Positions 39,079 to 52,200 of a stretch of DNA of 64,000 nucleotides are shown piece after piece. The translations under genes were made by a program, and so were the position numbers. The notes under the pieces are model-generated. The model saw nothing but the letters and a program-made list of their open reading frames with translations, had not been told where the DNA came from and did no database searches. Numbering within the stretch: position 1 is the stretch's first letter; each line of letters starts with the position of its first letter. This DNA comes from Pseudovirgaria hyperparasitica (lineage: Eukaryota): assembly GCA_010093815.1 (NCBI GenBank), contig ML996570.1; one strand, given 5' to 3'.

Positions 39079-41048
39079 ATGCTGTCCATGCCTCACGCCG
39101 TGGGCCGAACGCCCTTCGACACTCTCTCCCATCGCTCAAAGCAAGACCAGATCCTTCTACCGCTACCGAAGTCCTCATCCATACCTCCATTCAGCCAATC
39201 CACTGCATACTCAAGACCACCCTTGACAACTGCTCCACCGACACCTCCTACAGACATGAACTTCCACAATACCAGCTTGCTACCTTCATATGCTCCTCCA
39301 AACGCCCACACACATTCTGATGCAAATTGGGGAAATGGAAGAGGCATGGAGGAGGTCATCAGTCAAGCAGGAATGGGTCCAGGGACTTGCAGCTTCCGAC
39401 CCGTACAAGAAGTGTCGAACTCCAGTAGTTCACAGTATGTTGCGTCGGGGAAGAACCATTCACGGAAAAGCTCGAACAATGAAATTGCGCCCTCATTGCA
39501 AATTCCAGATACCATCAAGACTCCACAGTCAGGAATGCCACAGCTTGCTGCAGAAGTAAGTGCGTTGGCTGACTTCAAATCTACATACGCTGACACATAC
39601 TAGATTACCTGCCTGTTCTGGTTCGAAAGCTCTGCGACCCTACAGGAAGTCCTGCATCCAACTTCACCCCGAAAAAGACCTATACCATTGTGCCCGGAGG
39701 CGATGCCAAGCACTGGCTTTAGGAAATGGGTAGCTACAATTCTATCGACCACTCAAGTGACGCCAAACGTTATTCTCTTGGCGTTGATGTTTGTGTATCG
39801 CCTAAAGAAGTCGAATCCCACAGTGAAGGGAAAGCTTGGCAGCGAATATCGTCTTTTGACAGTAGCGCTGATGTTGGGCAATAAGTGTGAGTCTATACAC
39901 CGTTTACTATGACGCTAAGCTGATTATGGCCAGTTCTGGATGATAACACATACACCAACAAGACCTGGGCTGAAGTTTCTGGCATCTCCGTCACTGAAGT
40001 CCATGTCATGGAGGTGGAATTCCTTAGCAATATGCGTTACAGTCTTTTCACCTCCGAAAAGCAGTGGAATGAATGGCACGTGACATTGGGCAAGTTTGGC
40101 ACCTTCTTCGACAGGGCGTCGAGAGTAAACATGGAGCTCGCACAACGTCTAAGCGGGCCATCGACTCCGACCTTGCTTGTTCCTCCAACGCTCCCAACTC
40201 CCCCTACGTCTTCATGTCGTACATCGCCACCATTTGGACACAGCCAATCCCCGAATCACAAACTTCGTAACAATACTCCCTTGTTATACCCACAAACAAG
40301 CTCGACCGCTATCTCGCCCATCGGCCCGCTACCAGAGCAAGATTTCAGGCCTAACGGCCGCAAACGTAGTTACGACGATGCTTCTCAAGCTCCCCCTCCG
40401 AAACGGCTGCAACACCAATATCACCCCACGAACATCATTACCAACCCAGGAAGCACCGCGCAGATGATGCCGACTGTCGCTGCTCCAACTTTGCCACGTC
40501 TTCCTAACCTCTCGATACCACTCGGTCAATCTTTACAGTCATTATCGGTACCACAACTCCCACCGCCAGGCAATCGAGCAATGTCACTTGTCTACCCTCC
40601 CCCGAATCATTGGTCTCAGCCTCAAATGACACCAATGCCCACCACTACTACCAGCGGTCCTGTAGTCTCACAGGTTCCCTCTTCAAGTATGAGTGTGCAC
40701 GAGCAATCACGCCAGCTCAGTCCCTTTCCAGGATCTGCTAATGGCTCACCAAACTCGGTGCATTTCCCAGCAAGCCGTCTCTCTCCATCGTACTACTTGC
40801 AGCAGCGGCAATCACCGTACCGACCTGTTCGACATGTCCACACCCTTTTGCATCCTCCACCGTCCGCATCAATGCACAATCCAAACAGGAGCATGTCAAA
40901 CGATCAGATGCACTATCAGCCTCTCGGCCGTCCGTTGACGGAACGTAGAGCTGGTACCCTCCCATATATGCATCATGAGGCTTGGCCGGTCACTAACCAA
41001 TTCAACCAGTTTCCAGTACTTCCGCAGCCGGACTTTTCGCGGGTTTGA
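39079..41048 (+). CDS. CLG1: Pho85-family cyclin-like protein (Clg1/Pcl type), 3 exons, about 624 aa
   Basis: Cyclin box 'FRKWVATILSTTQVTPNVILLALMFVYRLK...SEYRLLTVALMLGNK|FLDDNTYTNKTWAEVSG...MEVEFL' with a Pro/Ser/Gln-rich tail. Introns 39556-39603 and 39887-39933. The true start is uncertain. Confidence 0.85.
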
Positions 41049-41840
41049 ATTTGAATCACTGTCCGATTGCAACGATTCCCTTGCAGCTATCCGCGGAGTC
41101 CGGGCGCAGTAGCGTCTTTCACTGGATGGATTTATCCGACACAGCGGACTAGCATTTTCTTTTATGGAGTTTCGAAAAATTGCCATGCATTCATAGGAGT
41201 TCTGGAGGATATCGGCTGTCGCGATTATCCCTTCCATTTTTCGGGTTAACGGCGTCTTTCAGACGTTTTATCATCAGCAGGAGCATCTGCATTGGACGGC
41301 GTTTATACATAGCTACAGGCTACATCTTTTTGACTTGCATTGTTACGAAAGGATTTTTTATATATCCCAGGAGTAGCGCAGTGCGCAGCTACTCCACTGG
41401 TTCATCCAGCTCTGTACGATTATGGGGATTCCTTGAGGAGGACAGAAGAACAGTACACAGCGGAAGATGTGCTGAAGCGGTGGAAAGTCTAATAACGCCG
41501 AGAGAGCCGGGACTCTGCTCAAGGCCTATCATACAAGCGAGTATGGACAGTTTTAAACAGCTGAGCCAATAGCCAGCTTTCCCCGATTGGCTTGATCTGA
41601 TGTTCCACACTGCACTTGACGCCTGATCTGAGTGAGCTAAGCCTTTGGCATGAATGTGTGTCATGTGAGTAATGTGTGTACCGGCCATGGAGCTGCGTTG
41701 AGGTAGAGGAGTGACACTTCTTTAACGACTGCTTCCCCATCAGACAGACAGGCAGGCATCACCTAAAAGAGAGAGACAGACAGACATACATATGAAATAA
41801 ATGGATGATTGGGATTCTGGACGTGCTTGCTGGTTGAGAG

Positions 41841-42340
41841 GTGTATATGTGTGTTGTGTGTGTATGTGTATGTGTATGTGTGTGTGCATAAATATAGATG
41901 ACAGGAGGTAATATAGGCTGTGTTTGTTTTGTCGTGTCGTGTCCTGTCTTGTGAATGGATGGATGGATGAATGGATAGATGATAGATGAATATGTGAATG
42001 AATGAATGAATGAATGGTCATAATGCACGTGCAATGCGCTATGCATGCAGCACTTTGGTTGTAAGATGAGTTTACGGGAAAAAGGGTCTTGTCTGGTGGT
42101 GGATATGGATATGGATATGTGTATGTGTATGTGTGTATGTGTGTATGTGTATGTGTATGTTTTATTTGCTCAGCATGGAAATGGAAATGGATGCGTATGA
42201 TGGAAACAAATTTGTGATGGTGAAGCGTGAGTGTGATGATACGATATAGGTGACTGTTAGTTTCGATCATTATTACTATCGATATATCTCATTCTGTGCG
42301 TGGATGGGTGGATGGATGGATGGATGGATGGATGGATGGG
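41841..42340. repeat. Compound microsatellite field: (TG)n/(TGTATG)n, (GAAT)n, (GGAT)n, (GGATAT)n
   Basis: Directly visible downstream of the cyclin gene. Confidence 0.9.
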
Positions 42341-43950
42341 TCGATGGCTAGAATACTCACTCACGCGTTCGCTCGTGTATATCGCTCGCTCCTCTATAGA
42401 GAGAGGAGAGGGGGGGGGAGGGGGAGAGTTTATAATGGAATTACTTTTGCCTTGCTAATACGTACTATAGAGACACACGGGATGATGATAGTATGCTCTC
42501 TTTCACTTTCCTGTTTCCGGTTTTATACTTTTCTGCTGTAGTTGTTACGGGTAGATAGATGGGTACGTAAGTAGCTTACGGGTAAGTAGTCAATGATAAA
42601 GGATAAATGATGAACGATGAATGATGAATAGTAAAGCGGCGAGCTTGTTTCTGGGGGTTTGCGAGAGAGGAGAGGGAGGGAGTGAGGGAAAGAGGGAGGG
42701 GATGTGTGCTATTCCATATAGCTTATCGACATGGAGTTTTAGTAGTAGTTTCTATGATTTCCCTTGTTTTTTGTTGCTAGTTGTGCGAGTGGTGAGGTGG
42801 GGTAATAAATAGCGAGTAAAGACAGACAGAGAAGGAGAACAAGAATATATTTTTTCTCTCTGTAGAGTGAGGAACGTTAAAGGAGGAGGTGCTGAGGGGT
42901 CGCTTGCAAGATGATAGCAGGAATCTGGGGAATGATGTGGGTAGTGTAGTAGTACTAGTGATGCGGTTTATACGATCCGTGGTTCAAGCGTTCCAGTGTT
43001 TTCCGGTGGTGTTCCAGTATGTGCTCTGGCGGGATTTGGCGGGCGGGGGAGTGGGAGGATGTTATTATGGTATGGGTACGGTATGTGTGGGCATGAATGG
43101 TACGGGAGTTAGTGTTTTGGACTTGTGGTTCTCACATAGTTACGTGTTATTGGAAGTTATGGAGAAAGAGACATAACGGGAAGTTTTTTGCTGTCTGCTG
43201 TAGTAGTATATGTAGGTAAAGGTGAGCTCGACGCATTACGAGGCTGAGATAGACGGCAGTAGATGGATAAGATAGACTGATGATAGGAGATTTATTCTCT
43301 GAGTGGTTTACAGACGGGCATGGAGTTTATTGGGATGGAATAGTGTTCGACTAGACGGCACCGTGGAGTTACCGGTGTGTTTTGGCCGGATGGATATGGA
43401 TGAGGTTGGGTGACTGATATGAGCGGAAAGGTACTCGTTTTTGTTATTTCTAGGTGATATACGAAAGCTTGAAGGCAGTTGTGCTCGAGTGGAATGGGAT
43501 GCCCTCGAAGGTAAGTGAGCCTGTCAAGCTGGATGGAATATATAGGCTAGAAGCATCTAGACAACTGGCTGCTGGTAGGTAAGTTGGCCCAACAATCATG
43601 TGTGTCCTCTCCAGCGAAGCTTGCAGAGTTGGGCTTGGTTTGGTGCTGCTCGAATGCATAGTAGAGTAAGTCGTGAGCACTGAACAGTTGTGCTTCATGC
43701 CTTTATTGTAGCAGGAACATTCATCTAAAACTGTGCCGTTTACAGGTGGCACCCGGAGAGCTGATCTAGTAGGATGTGGGAAGTACTGGAAGACCAAGTG
43801 CTGCATACCAACAAACCATCGACCGAAGCACAAGTAAGAGGGTAAGTCACGCCATCAAAATCCAAGGTATGTAGGATCGTCTTGCACCATAACAGAACAA
43901 AACACCAGAAGCGCCGATTCTTCTCAAGACTCTTTGCATTCCATGCCAGC

Positions 43951-46900
43951 TTAGCGCTCAAATTCCACAACATCCTCCCTGTCTCTCGTCGGACTCGGAC
44001 TCCTCGTCTTCTCCGTCTGCGACGCCTGTGCATTTGAAATAGTCGGCGCGCTTGCCTTACCACTCTCAACATCCTCCGTCTCCATACCCTCGAGCAGATC
44101 TCGATCTCCTTCACGGATACTCCGCCTCTCCTTCTCGGCCTCTTGGTCATCCTCGTCGTCTTCGTCTCCTCCCACACCACCGTGTCGTGCGGCCTCACGA
44201 TCGAGTTCCTTTTGAGCCTCGTCCATGCGGCGCTTGACCTCTGCTGCGACACGCATGCCGTCGGATACAATGTTGTCGAGCATGCCACGGAGTCCTTTGC
44301 CGGGTGGTACGACGCCGCCGGAGCCAGGAATTGGAATGGCAGGCTTAGCGGTGCTACCACGGCCAGTTGGGTTGGCGAACGTGTTGAGGTTGGAAGACGA
44401 CGATGCCGACGAGGGAGCTGGGGCATCGGCTAGGCGGAAGGAGTTCGAGAAATCTGATTCGAAAAACTGTTCAAGGATTTCGTCGGCGAGAATGACCATT
44501 CGGAACGTCGGGAGAGTGATATGCAGCGGGTTATTAGGGTCAAGAGCGACATTGGCAGCGTGTTTTTCAGCACGTGAAGAGGGACTAAGAGATTTGGAGA
44601 GTGTTTGTGAAGCTTGTGCAGAAGGATTGCTCGTGAGTTTAGGGGTGGAGGGTGCTGGAGAATCTTTAAGGTCGAGAAGATCTTCGTCATCGTCGTCGTC
44701 GCCTATGCTGAAGGCGTCGGGATCTGCTAGTTCTTCATCTTTCTTCTCCTCCCCCTTCTCCTCCCTCTTCTCCTGCGGCTCTACAGGGTTCCCAGCTTGG
44801 TTTACTGGGTGATCAGGATCGGCGTATTCAAAGCAGCGTCGTATGAAAGCAGATACACTACTGAGGAATTGCTCGTTCCTGCTTGGTCCGTCTGTGACAT
44901 GCAGGTCTTGCATGGCAGGGGACGAAGTCGCAGGGCTGTCTATCCCTCTTCGTGAGAGAAATAGGAGTGCCTCAGATATTCGCAGAATACCTTCGCGATC
45001 CACCTTGCCGTCTCCATCGTCGTCGTACAAGTCAAAGAAATACGCAATGTTCGACATGATGTCTTTCGTGCCCTTCACTTGCGCAAATCCAGTGACGACA
45101 TCTTGCAGGCTCAGTGAACTATGCATGTTGGTATCCCATCTCCGAAACAGTCTGTTCATGAACTCATGCTCTGCTGGCTCGGGTCCTGAACCCCAGGGTG
45201 ACATTTGTATACTGCGACTGCGCATACTGCCACCGAAGTACGAGTGAGATTGAGAATCATGACCATTCAACTGAGTGGAGGTTGGAGAATCAGTCACTGC
45301 CCATCGTGCTAGGCCTGGGATACATTAGCTGTTACCATCTTTAAAGTTAGAATGCGTCTGTCATGAGCATACCTGCCAAGAACTCCCGAAAGCCCTCATA
45401 ATCCATCTGTGTAGGACTGGGCCCTAGTGCAACTCGACCCATCTCCACATCGTTGCCAGGGATGCCGGTTACGATCTCAGTTGCTTTCGCCTTCCCAGCC
45501 TTCGCTTTACGATCAGCTTCCTGTTGAATGATCTCAGCCCTCTGCTGTCTTTCGTAAAGGACCCCGTAGAACCGATCGTAAAGAAAGCCAAGGTCGTTTA
45601 GACTCAGCTTCTTACTCTCAGGCCCAAGATTACGTATGGACGTCCTCTTGGCGAAGTTCTCGATGTTTTCGAGAACTGCATCTTTGTGTTTCGATCGTTG
45701 CTCCGATATCGTATTTTGGGTGATCCCAGCAAATTCTTTGAACGCAACAACCATCAACTCTTGGAACCGTGTTACTGCCCGCAGCTTTGGATTCTCAGAG
45801 CGCGGATGTGCTGACTCATCTAGTCTTGCAAAATACGTCTTCAGGACTGATATAAAAGTGCCATCATCCGCGGCGTCCAGTAGATCTTCACCATTTATCC
45901 TCAGAATGGCGAGTCCAATCTGGAAAAGCACTTTGGGTCCCTCAAGGAAGAAGACATCCAACACTCTAAAAGCAAATATGAGTGGCATTGAGTTGATGTA
46001 GAGTGAGAGGAACCACGGAAGTGACACAACTGATAACTGCACGTCCGACTTGACAAGGTGGTCCCATAGTATCGGCATAGTCTTCTCAACCAGAGATTCA
46101 AAGACACGTTGGTCTAGCAACGTACCGTACATCGTCGTGGAGTAGTAGCCAGGTAGGAGTCTATCGCAAAGAACAGATAAAAGGTAAAAAGCCTGAGATT
46201 CGGACATGTATCTGTATAACTAGGTTAGAGCATGTCAATGTGACGAAAGGATGAGGCATACATTAGCAAGGCAGCGACAACTATATTCATTGCTTGGCAG
46301 TAGCCGACCTCCTCATTCGTCCAACTGTAGGCTGTAAGGACCCTTCGAAGCCTACCGATTCCTTCTTCGCTCTGGAACCCAGGATACTCTGGAAGACTGC
46401 GATTTAAGTCTTTCTCAATCTCGTCTATTGCCAAGGACTGCTGTCCGGAATACTTGGCCAATGTCTCAGTGTAAAGCTTTGGATTCTGTAGACGCAGGAA
46501 GAATGAACCTGAAGTCAGCTCCCATATTTCTGAACGGAGGCGATTAGGTAGGCCGACGCGAATTAACTTGTGGAATGTTGGTTGACGTATGAGAGTTGCG
46601 TTCCGCCCGTTTTCTGCTACCAATCAGATTCTCCATACTCGTTCAATCTGGGTCATGCTTCTCACCTTTGAGATACTCTCGCCATAGCCGTATCTTGGTA
46701 GCGTCTCGCAGCTTTCGCGCATTACCTGGATATCGGAACACCGTCCCCAGGCCTGTGTCAGGAGGATCTCTTTGCTCCCCTGGCCCAGCATCTTTATTCT
46801 CGATGTCGGTAGCGATCAGATACTCCGAGTAGCAGTCGTTCACAACTGAACGGAGGTTATCTGTCCCTTTAACGCCCTCCCTTAGACCCTTCTTCAGTCC

Positions 46901-47470
46901 GTCGCAAAATCTCTCGCACTGTTGGCGACTTCCAGCGAGCTGAACTGTGAGCTTCTGGGGACCACCGATTTCTCCACTCTTGCTCTTGTTGTCAAATCCA
47001 TGCCATGTTGTTATCGCCAGAGCAAACATATAGCTTTGGCTATGCAGTCTCTCAACGCGCCTTATCGCACACAGGGGGAGAGTAAACCCATTGCCTCCGG
47101 GACCAGCGCCATGCGTTTGACCAGTGAAAGCACTCGAAGTGCTCAAGCTGGCAGAGTTCAAGAAACTTGATGCTTGCGTGGAGAAGCAAAGATACTGTTC
47201 ACTCAGATGAAGCTTCCCCACATAATGGATGCCCTGAGGTCTTTCCCTCTCTTTCTCCGGAGAATCACCTGAGCCTCTTGTACTATGGTGTGGGGAAAGC
47301 GTAAGCTCGGCAGTTATCTCTTGGAGAGGATTTTGCGAGTCCGGCAAGCGAAACTGGTGTCGGAATAGCGAGGCTTTGGTAGGTCTGCGGTCGCTTGAGG
47401 GGCTGGCAACGGAGAGGGTGGGTTCGATAAACTGCTGAGCTTTCTGGACTAGACTCTGAAAACTGAACAT
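43951..47470 (-). CDS. GYP2: TBC-domain Rab GTPase-activating protein Gyp2/Mdr1 (GRAM-like, TBC and EF-hand), 4 exons, about 1119 aa
   Basis: TBC motifs '[10 protein letters not shown]', 'LRRVLTAYS' and 'GYCQAMN'; EF-hand '[11 protein letters not shown]'. Introns 46614-46665, 46212-46261 and 45315-45372. Confidence 0.9.
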
Positions 47471-47621
47471 TGCTCAAAGCTGCATTGTTTTAAGCTCACA
47501 ATCTGTCTATGTCCAGTAGCCTGGGTATCACGGCGATACGAAGCTGAAGTGCGAGCTGCTATACATGGTGTTGCGGAGCTTGCCCGAAACCCCCGAGCGA
47601 GCTTAGCCTCTCAGCAGCCCC

Positions 47622-47628
47622 TCACGTG
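47622..47628. promoter_or_regulatory. TCACGTG E-box (Cbf1-type bHLH site) upstream of the Rab-GAP gene
   Basis: Motif lies about 150 bp upstream of the ATG. Similar sites occur at 53425-53431 (uL15m) and 62529-62536 (Maf1). Confidence 0.35.
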
Positions 47629-48044
47629 CTGCGGCTGTTGGGGCGTCGAATACTTGAGAGCCTCAGCATGCAACTAGCCAGGTTCAACGCATGAAAGCAC
47701 CGTTAGACTGTGATTAGCCGGATCGCCTATGGAATCCCTGGACGTCTCCTCATATCGAAATGATGCAACTTTAGTGGGGAACATGCTTGGTTATGGAGAC
47801 AGCATACGATAACAATGGTATGTAACCCGCAATGCTCATCAATTTTCTTTCAGACAAAACTTTCTATAGGGGGACGAGCCATGCTATTGACGGTCCGAAA
47901 GACACATAGCTAGAGACGCCTTGTCAAGGACCATGCTCCAAACTCCAGACTTGCTGCTGCGAACCATTACAATTTTCGACCATGTAAAATGTACTACAGA
48001 ACCATCTCGATGATTGATAATAGCAGTAAACCCACGACTCTTCC

Positions 48045-49292
48045 TTAGGTGACAGTGTATCCTCCATCAACGCGGAGATCGGCTCCTGTGACGTAAAGGC
48101 TCGCATCGCTCGATAGGAATGTAACAGCTCCCATTAGGTCTTCAGGCCTTCCCATTTTACCCTGAGGAATCAGGGAGGTCCACTTGTTCTTAAGATCTGG
48201 GTTGTCGTCGAGAATCTTCTTGGTTCTGTGTCACAGTCAGGGTACCATCAAGCACGAGGAGTTCGATTCATGACTTACAGTGCGGTAAGCATGTAGCCTG
48301 GAGAGATGCAGTTCACACGAATACCAGCGTGTGCCCATTCAACTGCCAAGCTGGCTGCCAAATGCCTCACAGCAGCCTTCGCGGCGTTGTACGGTGCCTG
48401 GGGCTGGGGGACATTGACAATAGCACCAGACATACTGCCAATCATGACGATAGATCCTTGTGCCTTGCGCTCCATCAGGTGCTTCGCTACACCTACGGAC
48501 CATAGGTATGTGCCATCCACGTTGACGCCCCAGAGCTTCTGAATACGGTCATGGGGGTAAGAGATGGCGTCATAGTTCTCCGTGAAGCCAGCAGATGTGA
48601 CGAGGTTGTCAATCTGGCCGTGCTCCTTGATGATCTCCGCAATCGCTTGATTGACTGAGGTTGGGCTGGAGACATCACAATAATGTGCTGTGACCTTGGG
48701 GAGATGCTCAACACCTGGATTCTCGGCCTCAAAGGTTGCCACTAGGCCCTCTGCAGACCTGGAAGCTTCTTCCTCTATGAAGATACATTAATAAGTGCTT
48801 TTGTTGTTACAGTCGTACCCAAGGGGTGTTGGACATACTGTTCATATCCACAAGGGCAACGTTCGCACCGCTTGCGACCAAAGCCTGGGCCATTACGAGA
48901 CCAAGACCACGAGCACCTCCAGTGACAACACCGACACGACCTTCTAGTGAGAAGGCAGCCAGTGTTCTTTTGAAATGGAAGCCCCCTCGACCTTGCACAG
49001 GCATACTGGAGGGGAGGTCTTCCTCCTCAGGATACTCCACCTTGATACTCTCATCTGTTCGAGCAAGAGCACCCTCGTGCTCACCAGACTCTCCAGGCTG
49101 ACCAGTCGTAGAGGCCGAATCATGGTCAGTATTGTCGTCCCATGGAGGCTGGTCGCGGAGACTGGAGGATTTCGATAGCCATCTGGCCTGGCACGGCGGG
49201 GCAACCTTCACAGGCCTCGTAGCGGCGCGGGAAGCTGTTGCTGAAGCTCTCAGAGCACTTCTGAGCATCTGTGGGCGGATAATTGAGGCCAT
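48045..49292 (-). CDS. Short-chain dehydrogenase/reductase, D-arabinitol 2-dehydrogenase/sorbose reductase-like, with mitochondrial-type presequence, 3 exons, about 376 aa
   Basis: TGGARGLG Rossmann motif, catalytic 'YNAAK', '[10 protein letters not shown]' and '[12 protein letters not shown]'. Introns 48775-48838 and 48226-48278. The N-terminus is Arg/Ala/Ser-rich and free of acidic residues. Confidence 0.88.
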
Positions 49293-52200
49293 GATGTGTG
49301 ATTGTTGGAGCAACAAAGCAGTCAATCAGTAGGATGGGAGTGTGATGTAGCAGAGAAGAACACAAAAGGATTGGAAGGGAGAGACACAGCTTATCAGGGT
49401 GGAATGACAAGCAGCGAACACGATGGACCCTGAAGGTTGAAAAGGAAAATGTTGAGTAGCAAGCAACGGGAGCTTAGGGCACAAGCACAGAGAAACAGCT
49501 GCCAATTGCCCCCTTCTTCCCCGCCAGTGATGGCGGCGACGTAATAAAATTGGACCTTGAGCCCATCGCGTCCGGCGACTGCAGCAACGTGCGCCGCCTA
49601 GCGAAGTATCGTGAAGTCCCAAGACTCGTGCCCCCCCACCCCGCCCACCGCACCGCATGGTGTTGATCCTGCTGTTCTTTTCCTTTTCCACCCTGAGATT
49701 TTCATCAATTGTCCAGCTACCGGTGCTTTCTTGGGCCAATCGATGTTCGATGCTGGCGAAGCGATGTTGCGAAGTCGACTCGTTACCATAACTCATACGG
49801 GTCTGACTGGCACAACGTCCACGTTCGCATCCGAATCGCGTTCGATCGTTTTGCCTTTCCGCCATGCATCGTGAGATTTTCCTGCCGTCCTGCAGGGTTC
49901 TGAGACGTCTCGTCCGCCTCGAACCGGTGTATAACTAACTATTGGAACCATCTGGAAGCTCAGGTCAGGCTCAACTTTCTCCTCCCCTCCTCCTTTCTAG
50001 TGCTTGCAATATTTTTCACAACTTTGCTACCCCTTGCTTTCGCTGTCGGAGTTTAATTCTTTCCAGTGTTGCATCACGGGTCCTTATCACTGTCATCGAC
50101 AGGATTCGATGCTTTACCTGGATGTTGTGCAGCACCCACCAAATACACAAAGCAACCTCCACGCATGCACATTGCACGCGGACATAATTAGTGTATCGTG
50201 AACTGCAGAATTAGGACCAGTCGGTCCTACTATTTATTGGCCTCTTCTTGTCACGACCGTAATAGCAGCGTCGAAGGAACATATTCCCTACCCTCCGAAA
50301 GTCGGCATTGGCTGAAGAAATCGCTAAGTCCCCCACTGTCGCGCCTATGATCATTCGCATCGGACCTCATCGTTCGCCTACACACTTGGATACCTTGCAA
50401 ATCATTACTTACTGACATCCCTTATCTACGCGCCGCACTGTTAACAGCACCACACGCACGCCATGTCAATGCGACAATCCTCTGCACTCAAATAACGCTG
50501 TCTTTCCTCAGGTCCCATACGTCTACTGAGTGGGCGTATGCCAAGAGCTTGGGTTGTCTTGACTGAATTGTCTGGCATCATCCAACGTCCACGTAATCAC
50601 TTTGGACATGTTTTTACCATGTAAAGATCACGATGGTGTGTGACACAAGTGGGGACCAACTGGACCTGCATACTTCTCGAAATTTACTCCAACCCAGATA
50701 GACACTTGCTGATGCTATCTGGGGTACATCGGCCCGGAACCACTTATATTAACGAAGCAAGGAAGGATGTTGTGCTTTCAAATGTGCTTCTATTAGCTTT
50801 CGCGGGCTCGCTTCCTCAATCCATCTGACACTGCGACTTCGAGTAACGACTCGTAATACCCAAGAATACTTAACAAGGAATCTGAAAATTTTCAATGCTG
50901 TTGTCCACGGGTAGCACAGACGGCCGTTACCAGCCTACATCGTAGTCCTCGGGCCTATTAAACGTTGCCTACAATGTGCACACGGTTTGTCCTTGTAACT
51001 TGTCTAGAATTACATCCCTGTAAGCTTGGCCTTACTAGACCTATTTATAACGTTGCAGTCTGCGAATGTGTCGCAAACGACCGCAATAGCGCTACATTGA
51101 CCCACATTTTTTGGGATGCGCAAGTCTGCCGTCAACCCATGTTGTAAAATCGCATGAGTACTTATGGATAGCGTCTTAGATGGCAAGACTGAATGAATAT
51201 GCATGCATAAAGGTACGTCCATAATGCACATCAGATCCTTTATTTTCTAAATTAAGTTATAAGCTATACTCCACTCGACTGATCGAATGCCGCGTGGGGT
51301 CTTGATGACATTAAAGTATCTCGACATCAACATATGGACACATCAACAGAGGCAATTCAGCGCCAATACTCCTCCATCGCTCATCACTCAAAATCGAGTT
51401 AGAGACCATCTCGATAGGATAACTCAGAGCAGTATTCATCTTTCCCAGAAATGACATTCAAATATCGAACCCGTGGACAAACGAGAGCGATGCCAAGACG
51501 ACCTCGACCGACGGGAGGAAGGGGACATGCTGGATGCGATGTTCAGAAGCTCTGCCAGAATACTTCGATCCAGCTATGTCACCCCGTGGGCCCCAAATGC
51601 TCCAACGAAGATGATAACAATCTATGAAGCCTCGACATGTCTGAATGGTCCTCATACTAGTCTCCAGGACCTAGCCAAACGTACATCTCCCACTTATATG
51701 CTCTAGAACTCTCCAAACGTCTTAGAAGAGCTGGTCTGGAATTAGCGACGGCGATAGCGACGTCTTTCCAATGCCGCGGAATGAGAGACAAGCTCAACGT
51801 TACGCGACACCTACGGTATGGGCGTAGTATGTCCGATCATAAATTGCTGGGTGCCCACGCAACTTGTCGAGTATCGCAAAATCTTGTATGTCACAAGTAG
51901 ATACCGGAGACTGACCTCACTGGGCGCGCACTTGGCTATGTAAAGATCGGTTACTTTGAATGATCCTGGTGGGGCGGTCCAGTCGTACATTGGGTGGTAT
52001 TCTTCTTCTAGCCAGCCTGTGCTCTCAACCTTTGAATGAATGGAATACTAAAGAAGCTCGTTAGTCGGCTGATGTTGATACTGAGCCGATCATCTATAGC
52101 ATATACAACATCCAACCTCTTCAGGTTCAACGACCACAGTCCTGGTTCCTAAGACTATCTTGCACACCACGGCTTATTGCCACCACCGCTTTCCCTGTTC

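Noticed and set aside
41740..42270. His/Thr-rich 176-aa ORF on the minus strand
   Set aside because: It is a translation of microsatellites.
43240..43290. CTGAGAT..ACGGC resembling part of a fungal TPP riboswitch
   Set aside because: The downstream CTTGATC...GATAAT...CAGCG core is missing and there is no thiamine-related gene nearby.
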